Assembly: GCA_046484135.1 (NCBI GenBank)
Contig: JAWOBU010000018.1
Location: 1-17,975, forward strand
Length of the DNA stretch: 17,975 bases
Direction: 5' to 3'
Origin: a bacterium
GTDB taxonomy: Bacteria; RBG-13-61-14; DATKZS01
A program made the position numbers and the translations under genes. Positions 7,887 through 17,641 of the stretch are shown here, piece after piece. The notes under the pieces were generated by a model. That model did no database searches. It had not been told where the DNA came from and worked only from the letters and a program-made list of their open reading frames with translations. The first letter of the stretch is position 1; the number at the start of each line of letters is the position of its first letter.

Positions 7887-8759
7887 TCAACCGGAAGATA
7901 GCCGCGCGTCGCGGAAGTGGCTTGTACACAAGTCAGCGAGCTCTTCCGGCTTCTCTTCCTGGGGGCAGTGGCCGCATCTCTCCAGCACCTCCAGCCGGGC
8001 ACCCGGCAGGCATTTTATAAAAGCCTCGCTCATCTCGAGCGGCAAGAGCGGGTCCTGTCTTCCCCATACCACCAGCGCGGGCGCTTTGATCTCTGCGATC
8101 CTGTTGTCGAGCCAGGCAGCCGGGTCGGCCACAATGTTCTTAAACGTGCGGGTTGCAGCTCGCGCTCCCGGTTTATGACCGTAGCTGTGGTAATGGCCTT
8201 TTATGTCTTCATGAGAGAGAAAGGACGAGTCATAGTACGGCCCGAACCTTCTTTGCCAGAACTCGAACAAGAAAAGCGGCATAAAGCGGAGCAGGGGATA
8301 TACGATCCAGGGCCGGGATGCCGCCCGGTAGAACCAGGGGACCTGGTGTGATACGCCTGCAGGATCCAGAAGCACCAGACTCGCGACCTGTGCGGGATGG
8401 TGCAACGCATAAGCGGCAGCGATCTGTCCGCCCATTGAATGGCCGGCAAGATGGAACCGCGAGACCCCGAGCTCCGCAATAAAGGCCTCCATAAAGCGGA
8501 GGTAGTAATCAAGGTTGTAGGCTATGTCCGGTTTGTCCGAGTTGCCGAAGCCGGGCAGGTCCGGAACTATCACCCGATACTGGTCATCAAAGTAAGGTAT
8601 GAGCCTTTTCCAGTCATAGCCGGAGCCGCCCCATCCGTGGACCAGGACCACCGGCTCGCCCGCGCCGGTGTCGCGGAACACGACCCGGCTTGCCAGCACA
8701 TTCATTTTATAAAGTGTGTTTTCTTCTACTGGCTCTTGCCGCGGGCCGCTATCTTCCAT
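7887..8759 (-). CDS. Alpha/beta fold hydrolase (Ser nucleophile; esterase/lipase-like)
   Basis: Oxyanion motif LVHGWG, PDLPGFG, nucleophile elbow GHSMGG, acid WGRQDP and His CGHCPQEE. The true start may be the ATG at 8705, which avoids the 34-nt overlap with the upstream gene. Confidence 0.88.
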   Translation of the reverse strand: MEDSGPRQEPVEENTLYKMNVLASRVVFRDTGAGEPVVLVHGWGGSGYDWKRLIPYFDDQYRVIVPDLPGFGNSDKPDIAYNLDYYLRFMEAFIAELGVSRFHLAGHSMGGQIAAAYALHHPAQVASLVLLDPAGVSHQVPWFYRAASRPWIVYPLLRFMPLFLFEFWQRRFGPYYDSSFLSHEDIKGHYHSYGHKPGARAATRTFKNIVADPAAWLDNRIAEIKAPALVVWGRQDPLLPLEMSEAFIKCLPGARLEVLERCGHCPQEEKPEELADLCTSHFRDARLSSG

Positions 8760-9823
8760 ACGTCCGCCACCTTGCCGTCTTTTATCACGTACATAACGTC
8801 GTGCAGGTTTATCGTGGTGCAGATATGGGAAGGATACATCTCGACCTTGTCGCCGATCTTAAGGGGAGACTCGCCTTCCTCGGTGAGAAGATGGGCGTGC
8901 TCCTCGGACAGCATGGCCACCCGGGTTTCGGGCACTCCGATGATCTCGGGCTGGCCGAACTCGTTGGTCATCTGTTTCATTCCCGCGTCAAGTATGGTCC
9001 AGCCGGGCAATGCCGGTGCCTTGGACCAGACGGTCGAGAGGATGGTTACCGCTTTTTCAAATCCCAGGTCCAGCTTGCCGTACTTGGTGTCCATGAGGCA
9101 GTAGGACCCGGCCTGGATTTCGGTAACGCCCGGGTATACCCCGCTTACGTTATACGTGCCGGTGCCTCCGCCCGAGACTATGTCGCAGGACAGGCCGGCC
9201 TCGCGGATGGACTCCGCGGCTTGGACCAGCATGCCCATGCTCTTTTTAGCCTCCTCCTGGCGGCGCTCTTCCTCTTCCATGTTCACGATGTGGCCTTCGT
9301 ATCCCATGACTCCCTTTAGCTCTACGTTCCCGGCGCCGTCAACCTTCCGGGCCAGGGCGGGAGCGTCCTCCGGCTTTACACCGCAGCGGGGAAGGCCCAC
9401 GAACACGTCCACCAACACACCGATGGTTACGCCCTCTGCCGCAGCAGCCTCGGAGACCATGTCCACCTGGACTGCGTCATCCACTGAGCACTTCACGTCC
9501 GCCTTATTGTTCAGCGCGGCCAGCCTGGCAAGCTTTTTCTTTCCCACCACCTCGTTCGCGATAAGCACGTCCTTTACGCCGGCTTCCACCAGGATGGCGG
9601 CCTCGGAGACCTTGGCGCAGGTGATGCCGTGCGCGCCCGCTTCGAGCTGTTTTATGGCGATCTCCACGGTTTTGGGGGTCTTCCAGTGCGGTCTTACATT
9701 GGCGTTTTTATCTTTGAAGTAATCGGCCATCTTCCTGATGTTCTTCTCCAGTATGTCAAGGTCCACCAGAAAGGCGGGCGTGTCTATCTCGTACTTGCTC
9801 TTCCCGATCACGTCTTTGTTCAA
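8726..9823 (-). CDS. DSD1-family PLP-dependent enzyme (D-threonine aldolase/D-serine dehydratase-like, fold type III)
   Basis: Motifs DTPAFLVD, RPHWKTPK (PLP lysine), GITCAKVSEA, RCGV, GYEGH, SGGGTGT, EIQAGSY, LDAGMK, SEEHA and PSHICTTINLHD. TTG start with SD AAGGAGG. Confidence 0.88.
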   Translation of the reverse strand: MNKDVIGKSKYEIDTPAFLVDLDILEKNIRKMADYFKDKNANVRPHWKTPKTVEIAIKQLEAGAHGITCAKVSEAAILVEAGVKDVLIANEVVGKKKLARLAALNNKADVKCSVDDAVQVDMVSEAAAAEGVTIGVLVDVFVGLPRCGVKPEDAPALARKVDGAGNVELKGVMGYEGHIVNMEEEERRQEEAKKSMGMLVQAAESIREAGLSCDIVSGGGTGTYNVSGVYPGVTEIQAGSYCLMDTKYGKLDLGFEKAVTILSTVWSKAPALPGWTILDAGMKQMTNEFGQPEIIGVPETRVAMLSEEHAHLLTEEGESPLKIGDKVEMYPSHICTTINLHDVMYVIKDGKVADVWKIAARGKSQ

Positions 9824-9836
9824 TTCAGTCCTCCTT

Positions 9837-10880
9837 TTATTTTTTGAACAGCGCGGCTATGGTCTCGAGGCCGGGCGGCTCAGCCACGCCGGCTTCCGTG
9901 AACAAGGCGTGGATGAGATTCGCCGGCGTAACGTCGAACGCGGGATGGGCGACCCTGCAATTGTCCGGCACCACCTGCTTTCCCAGCACATGGGTGACCT
10001 CGTAGGGGGTCCTCTCCTCGATGGGTATGTCATCTCCGCTTCCGGTTTTCAGGTCAATAGTGGACAGGGGCGCGGCAACATAAAAAGGCACGTTATGCCT
10101 TTCGGCGAGCACGGCCACTGAGTAAGTCCCGATCTTATTGGCTGCATCTCCGTTGGCGGCCACCCGGTCAGCGCCTGTTACCACCTTTTGTATCTTTCCT
10201 TTTTTCATGAGGTGTCCGGCCATGTTGTCGGTAATCAGGGTCACGGGAATGTTGTCCTTCATAAGCTCCCAGGTGGTAAGCCGCGCCCCCTGCAGGAACG
10301 GCCTTGTCTCGTCCGCGTACACGTGGATGTTCTTTCCCTGTTCCACCGCCGCCCGGATGACGCCCAGTGCGGTGCCGTAGCCGCCGGTGGCCAGCGCGCC
10401 CGCGTTGCAATGGGTGAGAACATTGTCGCCGTCCTTTAAACAGGCGGCGCCGTTAAAGCCCATTCGGCGGTTTATCTCGATGTCTTCTTTAAGTACCTTT
10501 CCTGACTCTTCTTCGCACGCCTTTGCGATCTCATCCGGAGACGCCCCTTCCATGCCTTCGGCCAGTTTTTTCATGCGCTCCAGCGCCCAGGCCAGGTTCA
10601 CCGCGGTAGGCCTGGTCCGGTAAAGCCTGTCGTGCGCTTTTTGCATGGTCTCGCGGAGCTTATCCTTGGAGCCGGTTTGGGCGCCTTGCCGCGCCGCCAG
10701 CGCCATGCCCATGGCCGCGGCTATACCGATCGCGGGAGCGCCTCTTATTACCATGACCTCGATGGCTTCGGCCACCTCGTCATAGGTTTGATACTCGTTG
10801 TAAATCTCTTTTTCCGGCAGGTAGCGCTGGTCTATCATCACCACTTTGTTGTCCCGCCAGTCAATAGTAAAAAAGCTCAT
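9837..10880 (-). CDS. mtnA: S-methyl-5-thioribose-1-phosphate isomerase
   Basis: Motifs [63 protein letters not shown] and PAFDVTP. Confidence 0.95.
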   Translation of the reverse strand: MSFFTIDWRDNKVVMIDQRYLPEKEIYNEYQTYDEVAEAIEVMVIRGAPAIGIAAAMGMALAARQGAQTGSKDKLRETMQKAHDRLYRTRPTAVNLAWALERMKKLAEGMEGASPDEIAKACEEESGKVLKEDIEINRRMGFNGAACLKDGDNVLTHCNAGALATGGYGTALGVIRAAVEQGKNIHVYADETRPFLQGARLTTWELMKDNIPVTLITDNMAGHLMKKGKIQKVVTGADRVAANGDAANKIGTYSVAVLAERHNVPFYVAAPLSTIDLKTGSGDDIPIEERTPYEVTHVLGKQVVPDNCRVAHPAFDVTPANLIHALFTEAGVAEPPGLETIAALFKK

Positions 10881-10924
10881 CTATTTTTTCCTTCTTTCGT
10901 CAAAGCCCGGTTTATGACCTTGCC

Positions 10925-12214
<1,290 letters not shown>

Positions 12215-12265
12215 TTAAAAGTATGCTGTAAAAATTTAAGAACGACTTACGCAGGTTTCCAGTGT

Positions 12266-13324
12266 CTACTCGGATTTCTCTTCCTGCCTGCTTTTTAAGA
12301 CGGCCTTTCCGATCTCCCTTGCCATGAGCCGGTATCCTTGCGGGTTGGGATGGATGATATCATTTTCCGGCTCTTCAAACAGGCTTGTAACATCACGGTT
12401 TCGGAAAATCAAATCCAGGTCCGCAAGCCGTAGGCCCTCTTGCCGGGCCAGTTTCTTCACGATGCGGTTATAATTTTCATGTAGCTTCTTGAGCTTTTCC
12501 CCGCTTTTTACGAACCGGTTTTCGACAAGGTATGAGGGCATTTCCCCGCTCGGAAGTGCGCTCGGCGATGTTGCCAGAACAACCACGGCGCCGTTTTCTT
12601 TAGCGCGCTTTGTCATGTCAGCAAGGTTCTTTTCATAGCGACCGGGCGGGACCCGCGGCACGAGCGGCTTGTCCTTCGGCTTTGCAAACGCGGCCGCCAG
12701 GCGGGCCATAAGCTGATAGAGCCTTGCCTTGCGCAAGGTCTCGACCACGCCGGCGAGAGGAGCCTCTTCCATCTTCTGCTCGTGGTCTGCGAACCCTTGC
12801 GCGAGCCAGTGGTCGTTCCACCCGAATAGTATGACCACTGCGTCGGGGTCGTACTTTGTAAGCACGCGGCCCGCGAGCTTTTTCCCTTGAAAGGACGAGT
12901 AGCCGGGCACGCCGAAGTTCATGACCTCTACTGTTTCTTTAAGTCGCTTTTTAAGAAACCTCTCCAGGAGCGCGGGAAAGGAGGCCTCGACTCCGCCGAA
13001 GGTCACCGAGTCTCCCAAGCAGGCCACCCGGAAGACGTTGTCAGATTTTTTCTCGACAAATTCGGGGCCGCGGAAACCCTGCTCGTTCAAGGGGGGGAAG
13101 CCCTCGCCCATGCGATAGCCGGGCCGCATTCTCCAGAGGAGTTCCGGGTCTGGCTTGAAGATGTTGTGCAGGGTATGAGGCTCGGGGAAGTTGAACTGCA
13201 TGTAGGAGACGTTTCTTTGATAGCGGAACCCTGCCACGCGCAGCGCGGCCTCCAAGGCGAAAAGGACCAGCGCCAGGAGCGCGAGCGCGAACAGGGCCCG
13301 CTTTGTTTTTGACAGCCGGCTCAC
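12266..13324 (-). CDS. SGNH/GDSL hydrolase family protein with N-terminal membrane anchor
   Basis: N-terminal TM helix. Block I CLGDSVTFG, block II NFGVPGYSS, block III FGWND, block V DIIHPN. GTG start overlaps the upstream stop (GTGA). Confidence 0.88.
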   Translation of the reverse strand: MSRLSKTKRALFALALLALVLFALEAALRVAGFRYQRNVSYMQFNFPEPHTLHNIFKPDPELLWRMRPGYRMGEGFPPLNEQGFRGPEFVEKKSDNVFRVACLGDSVTFGGVEASFPALLERFLKKRLKETVEVMNFGVPGYSSFQGKKLAGRVLTKYDPDAVVILFGWNDHWLAQGFADHEQKMEEAPLAGVVETLRKARLYQLMARLAAAFAKPKDKPLVPRVPPGRYEKNLADMTKRAKENGAVVVLATSPSALPSGEMPSYLVENRFVKSGEKLKKLHENYNRIVKKLARQEGLRLADLDLIFRNRDVTSLFEEPENDIIHPNPQGYRLMAREIGKAVLKSRQEEKSE

Positions 13325-14535
13325 TCTTGCTTCCCTTTTTTGCAGATTTCCCGGAAGCGGTCCATGTGGCGGGCTTCTTCCAGTATCTTTTCAGCGATGA
13401 TCTCGTGGCCCCATTCGTTGGGATGGCCGTTGTCAACCATCAAGTATCGCCAGGGCTCTTCTTTTATCTTGCCGGGCATCTTTTCTCGAAGGCGCGCCGC
13501 CCTTTGCGGGTCGAGCTCGCCTGACTTGATTTTTTCAAGGCTTGAGCTGAACAGATGCCGGAGATCAAAAGCGCGGATGCCGGGCCGGTCCCGGAAGTGG
13601 CGGACGAGCTTGCGTCCGTTCCACTCCCTCCACTCCGGCGGCGACACTCCGTGCTTTTGCGCCTGCTCTTTCATCTGCCTGCCCGGGTGGTCTTTGGGCA
13701 GGGAAGGATAATCAACGTGGATGAAGATCATGTCCGCGGAAATGGAGTCGGCCAGCGACTTCGCCTTTTTCACATTCTGTTTGAAGTCGTCGCGGCTGAC
13801 CTTTCTTTTCAGGCGCGGGATATAGGTGGCTGGATCAAGGCTTATTCCCTGGGTGCGTCGTTTTACGTACACTGCCAGAGACTTTATGAGCTTGTAGACC
13901 TGGAGCCTGCCTAATGTAAGGCTTATGGCGCTTTTGTCCCAGGTGCCTTTTTCCAGGTGCTCTTCGTCCGACATAAGCGCGGGCAGCCGGTCGTTCGGCC
14001 CGAACGCGAACACCAAGAGGTCGGGCTTCCACTCTTTGACTTTGGTTTTCAGAAGCTCTATGCCCTGCAACGACGTGTAACCGGTAACCCCCAGGTTCAG
14101 GACCTCGACCTCTTTTCCGCACTCCTCTGCCAGGAGCTTCTCGAGCCGGTAGGGGTACGGGTCCTTCTCGCCCACGCTCCAGCCAAAGGTGGTCGAGTCG
14201 CCCAAACAGGCCACCCGCAACACCCCGTCAGACTTCCGGTCCGGCCAGTCCGGTCCCCGGAAGCCGTGGGAGTTGATGTGCACCGGCTCTTTGTAAACCC
14301 CTTCGATGTCCAGGGTCTGGTCGGGCTTGAACCTCCAGAACACGCGCCGGTCGAACTCGACGGTCCGATTCTGGACCCGCCTTATGCTGTAGAGGTCGAG
14401 AAGGGGCATGCCGATAAGGTCGGCGCTGTAGTTGAAGTAGAACCCGAAATCATGAAGCCGGAGCACGCCCTCGAGGAGCGCCAGCGCCATGATCAGCGCC
14501 GCGCAGGCGAACAGGGCCTTCTTTTTGCGGGTCAA
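13321..14535 (-). CDS. SGNH/GDSL hydrolase family protein with N-terminal membrane anchor
   Basis: N-terminal TM helix and blocks CLGDSTTFG, NLGVTGYTS, FGPND, DNGHPN. TTG start overlaps the upstream stop (TTGA). Confidence 0.88.
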   Translation of the reverse strand: MTRKKKALFACAALIMALALLEGVLRLHDFGFYFNYSADLIGMPLLDLYSIRRVQNRTVEFDRRVFWRFKPDQTLDIEGVYKEPVHINSHGFRGPDWPDRKSDGVLRVACLGDSTTFGWSVGEKDPYPYRLEKLLAEECGKEVEVLNLGVTGYTSLQGIELLKTKVKEWKPDLLVFAFGPNDRLPALMSDEEHLEKGTWDKSAISLTLGRLQVYKLIKSLAVYVKRRTQGISLDPATYIPRLKRKVSRDDFKQNVKKAKSLADSISADMIFIHVDYPSLPKDHPGRQMKEQAQKHGVSPPEWREWNGRKLVRHFRDRPGIRAFDLRHLFSSSLEKIKSGELDPQRAARLREKMPGKIKEEPWRYLMVDNGHPNEWGHEIIAEKILEEARHMDRFREICKKGKQE

Positions 14536-15569
14536 CTTTGCGCTCCTTCAGCCACCGAAAAGTAAGCTCTCTCCAGGCTTTTTTTCATGGCGGAAAGCGA
14601 GAAGCTGCGGGCCCGCTCGTGCCCGCCTTGCACGATCCTCTCGCGGATGCCGCTATCGTCCAGGAGCGCGAGTATCTTGTCTGCCAGATCGGCGCTGTCG
14701 CCGGGTTTGTGCAAAAGCCCGCTGACGCCGTCCTCCACCGCCTCGGGGATGCCGCCTTGGCGGGCGGCGGCCACCGGCAGTCCCGCGGCCATGGCCTCGA
14801 CCAGGACTATGCCGAAGGCCTCCTGCCGGGAGGGCAGGACCAGCACCGACGCTTCGCTGTAATGCCTTTCAAGCTCCCCTGGCGACTGGGCGGGCAGAAA
14901 CTCGACCGGCTGGCCCAGGGACAGGAGCCGGGCGGCGAAGCGCGTATGTACGTACTCCTCGCCTATGACCCGGAGGCGGGCGCCCGGCTTCTTCTCGCGC
15001 ACCTTGCGGAGCGCTTTTACAGCGACCGGGAAACCTTTTCTGAACATGTCGCGCCCCGCGAACAGAATGAGGGGGGACGCAGGGTCCGCCTCGGCCGTAT
15101 TTTCGTAACCAATGTTCGAGGCTTTTATGCCGTAGGGGACCACGTGGACCGGCGGTCCGTTTTTCAGGTTCTTTTGTATGGTTTCTTGGATGGAGCCGGC
15201 CACTGCCCGGCTGTGGACTATAACCGCGGCAGACCTTTTCAGTACCTCGAGGTGATGGGAAAGGAGCGAGCGTTGCCTTACCAGGCGGAGCAAGAGGTCT
15301 GGCGCGGGAAAGGGCTGAAACGAGGTCCAGTAGTGGTCGTGGAAGTCGGCGATGACAGGTACCGGCATGGCGTGGAGGGCCTGTAGAGGGACCCGCTTGG
15401 CATCCACCAGGTGGACGAGGTCCGGCACGACCGGGCCGCATCCGGCAAAAAGGCAGAGGTTATGGTCTTTTGCCAGGCACTCCTGGATGGCCTGGAAGTA
15501 GGTTGCAGGCCCGGTGCCCGGCATAAAGCCGGTGCCGGCTATCCCGATGTTAAGCGATTTTCCGGTCAT
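14532..15569 (-). CDS. Glycosyltransferase family 4 (GT-B)
   Basis: ILFAGR..RKG, the EX7E motif in LVLPSRQEAFGIVLVEAMAAGLPV, and GGIPEAV.DG..GLL. Confidence 0.9.
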   Translation of the reverse strand: MTGKSLNIGIAGTGFMPGTGPATYFQAIQECLAKDHNLCLFAGCGPVVPDLVHLVDAKRVPLQALHAMPVPVIADFHDHYWTSFQPFPAPDLLLRLVRQRSLLSHHLEVLKRSAAVIVHSRAVAGSIQETIQKNLKNGPPVHVVPYGIKASNIGYENTAEADPASPLILFAGRDMFRKGFPVAVKALRKVREKKPGARLRVIGEEYVHTRFAARLLSLGQPVEFLPAQSPGELERHYSEASVLVLPSRQEAFGIVLVEAMAAGLPVAAARQGGIPEAVEDGVSGLLHKPGDSADLADKILALLDDSGIRERIVQGGHERARSFSLSAMKKSLERAYFSVAEGAQS

Positions 15570-15577
15570 GGCATTTT

Positions 15578-15606
15578 ACTATACTAACTTAAGGAACGGT
15601 TTATAA
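15578..15606 (-). promoter_or_regulatory. Possible promoter for the GT4-SGNH unit
   Basis: TTATAA, 17-nt spacer, TATAGT (15583-15578). The -10 lies only 8 nt upstream of the ATG. The -35 is weak. Confidence 0.3.
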
Positions 15607-15788
15607 CCAGTGAAGTTACCCCATTTTTGGTGACCGCTCAGTCTCTCCGTCAGCGTCTCCGGCAAGCAGGACCGTTTGTCTTAAGTTTCCAATCGGCCAC
15701 ATACAACTCTCCTTTGTCAAATAGTAAACCACTAAGCCACCAGGATAGCCCACCCTCGGCCATTGACTGGCCCACAACTCTGCCATCC

Positions 15789-15972
15789 GGATAGCCCACA
15801 GAAATCGTTGTGTGGGCAGACTCACGAAGTGGGTCTGCAGGTACATTGTAAAAGATGTTTGCCGTGCCCCTCCGCCATCAAACCATCCGGCCTTCTTCAT
15901 GTACTTTACCAGACGAAGCGGATTCTGCCGTGATCTTCAAATCACCCACACAACAAGTTGTGTGGGCCATCT
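15789..15972. repeat. Inverted pair of REP-like palindromes (REPIN/BIME-like)
   Basis: GGATAGCCCACAGAAATCGTTGTGTGGGC (15789-15817, +) matches AGATGGCCCACACAACTTGTTGTGTGGGT (15972-15944, -) at 23/29 positions. The right copy holds a perfect 10-bp hairpin CCCACACAAC-AA-GTTGTGTGGG. Confidence 0.65.
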
Positions 15973-15998
15973 TGCGTGGGGGTGTGTGGGCCATCTTG
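15959..15998 (+). repeat. 16-bp direct repeat TGTGTGGGCCATCTTG x2
   Basis: Exact copies at 15959-15974 and 15983-15998. Confidence 0.85.
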
Positions 15999-16009
15999 GG
16001 GGGGTTGTG

Positions 16010-16067
16010 TGATCGCGACTCCCGTCGCTCGCACGGTGCAGATGATCGCGACTCCCGTCGCTCGCAC
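16010..16067 (-). repeat. Two tandem 25-bp REP-like units (GTGCGAGCGACGGGAGTCGCGATCA on the minus strand)
   Basis: Exact copies at 16010-16034 and 16043-16067 with an 8-nt gap. Each has an internal hairpin GCGAC-GGGA-GTCGC. Confidence 0.8.
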
Positions 16068-16089
16068 TATATAGGAGTAGGAGCAAACG

Positions 16090-16121
16090 AAAAAGAGGCG
16101 GCCGGTGAGGGCCGCCTCTTT
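16090..16121 (-). terminator. Rho-independent terminator of the porin gene
   Basis: 12-bp inverted repeat AAAGAGGCGGCC/GGCCGCCTCTTT (16092-16103 and 16110-16121), 6-nt loop, TTTTT on the minus strand, about 25 nt after the stop codon. Confidence 0.85.
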
Positions 16122-16144
16122 GGTTGGTTGGTTTTCAGGACCGA

Positions 16145-17362
16145 TTAAAAGAGGTCCACTTCCACGATGACTGCGAGCTCGTCCGCGGCGGGCTCGTAGT
16201 TCTCGAGGTCCCGCCAGGTGTAGTTCAGTCCCACCGTGGTCTGCTCGTTCAAGAGGTAGTTCACGCCCGCGGTGATGGCGGACTCTTCGTTGTAGTCAGA
16301 GGAAGAGACGTCGTGGCGGTCGTCCAAAAGCATTTCTTCCATGTCGTAGTTCACGTAGTCATAGCGGGCCACGACCTGGAACCGGTTCATGGTGTAGCCG
16401 GCCAGGAAGTACCAGCCGCTCTGGACCAGGTTGTCGTCCACAGCGCTGTCCTCGGCGTCAAAGGTGCTCTGGAGATACTCGACCGCGACCAGCAGGTTGT
16501 TCGCGTTATAGGCGGCCTCGATGCCCCACTGGACCAGATTGCCGTCCGCCGGCCTGGTGTCGATATAGCCATCAAGATGTTCGGGCTCAATGGCCGCGTC
16601 CTCAGCATAGTACCAGCCGCCGAAGTGCATTCCTTCCTGGTCCACCGCTACCTTGGCCAAGAGTCCTTTGTTCCGGTCAATGTCCATGGTGTTATCGAGT
16701 CCATAAGCCTCAGCATCTCCAATGTCCGTCTCGTCTCCGCCTACGTACTCGCTTCCGTTGAATCCTCCGAGCATGATCTTGGCCGGTCCCATACTGGCGG
16801 AAAGCATCACACCGGTCTGGTACCGGGGAAGGGTCAACATGTCTATATGAGCATATTGTCCGGGAGCGATTCCGGACCCGTGAATAAGGGGGTAGTTCAC
16901 GGTATGGAACGCGCTCATCTGGTGGGGCGCCCAGGTCATGGACGTGGGCGGGATGAAGCGCCCAAAGGAAAGCTCCATCATGTCGGCCACTCTGATGTTG
17001 ATCTGGGCGTCCAAGAGGGCCCCGGCGGAATTGTTGTTGGTGTCGTCCGTGACCGCCTCGCTATCTGCGGCAGCGGCGGGTCCCCTGAAAGCGAAGGCGT
17101 AGGAGACGAGCCAGCTTACGTTGTCTCCTACGGTTCCGCTCATGCCAAGAATGGCGGTCTCCAGGTTCATGGTGTCGTAACCGTTCCACTCCTGGTTCGG
17201 CCCGTCCTTCTTGATCTTTTCATCAGCTTCCGAGTTGCGATAAACAAAGTCAATGTGACCGTGCAGTGTGATGTTTCCGGCAACGGATTCCACCTCGGCA
17301 GCGGACCAGGCCGGCAGCGCCATAATTACCACTAAAAACCCTACCACAGTAATCCTTTTCAT
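16145..17362 (-). CDS. Outer-membrane beta-barrel protein/porin (OprO/OprP-like or related putative porin)
   Basis: Signal peptide MKRITVVGFLVVIMALPAWSA, amphipathic beta-strand patterns (LLDAQINI, LSFGRF, GWYFLAGY, QVVARYD, ITAGVNYLL) and terminal Phe. SD AAGGAGG. Followed by a terminator. Confidence 0.8.
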   Translation of the reverse strand: MKRITVVGFLVVIMALPAWSAAEVESVAGNITLHGHIDFVYRNSEADEKIKKDGPNQEWNGYDTMNLETAILGMSGTVGDNVSWLVSYAFAFRGPAAAADSEAVTDDTNNNSAGALLDAQINIRVADMMELSFGRFIPPTSMTWAPHQMSAFHTVNYPLIHGSGIAPGQYAHIDMLTLPRYQTGVMLSASMGPAKIMLGGFNGSEYVGGDETDIGDAEAYGLDNTMDIDRNKGLLAKVAVDQEGMHFGGWYYAEDAAIEPEHLDGYIDTRPADGNLVQWGIEAAYNANNLLVAVEYLQSTFDAEDSAVDDNLVQSGWYFLAGYTMNRFQVVARYDYVNYDMEEMLLDDRHDVSSSDYNEESAITAGVNYLLNEQTTVGLNYTWRDLENYEPAADELAVIVEVDLF

Positions 17363-17543
17363 CTTCTCCTCCTTCTCTTAAAAATTGTTTCCCCACCAGC
17401 CGGTAATTTAAAGTACCGGCTGACCTGTACGCATATACCTGGGATGAAAATTTACACGAGCGGGCTTTTAACATTCACTTCCGAGCTTTGACTTTCAACC
17501 TCGCTTCCGGGGCTGGCCCGGCTCATAGCTTATAATTCGGAGC

Positions 17544-17572
17544 ATACTAATTTGAAAAGGATATTATTGCAA
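17544..17572 (-). promoter_or_regulatory. Putative sigma70 promoter for the porin gene
   Basis: TTGCAA (17572-17567), 17-nt spacer, TAGTAT (17549-17544), within an AT-rich patch. Confidence 0.45.
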
Positions 17573-17641
17573 GTCAACAGGGAGTGCGGCGGCAAGTGTA
17601 GAGAGCGGACTTTTACGGGATCGGAAAGTTTTCTGCTGTTA

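Noticed and set aside
8726..8759. 34-nt overlap between the DSD1 gene and the hydrolase as a special feature
   Set aside because: It disappears if the in-frame ATG at 8705 is the true start.
16010..16067. Mini CRISPR array
   Set aside because: Only two repeats with an 8-nt gap, far too short for a spacer, and no cas genes in the window.
15616..16148. Small ORFs 15616-15900 (-), 15812-16012 (+) and 15855-16148 (+), including a possible RAYT remnant
   Set aside because: They run through the palindromic repeats. I see no HUH/Y1 transposase motif or other recognisable domain.
16124..17335. 403-aa plus-strand ORF
   Set aside because: Antisense shadow of the porin gene. It has no recognisable motifs, while the minus-strand ORF has an SD, signal peptide and terminator.
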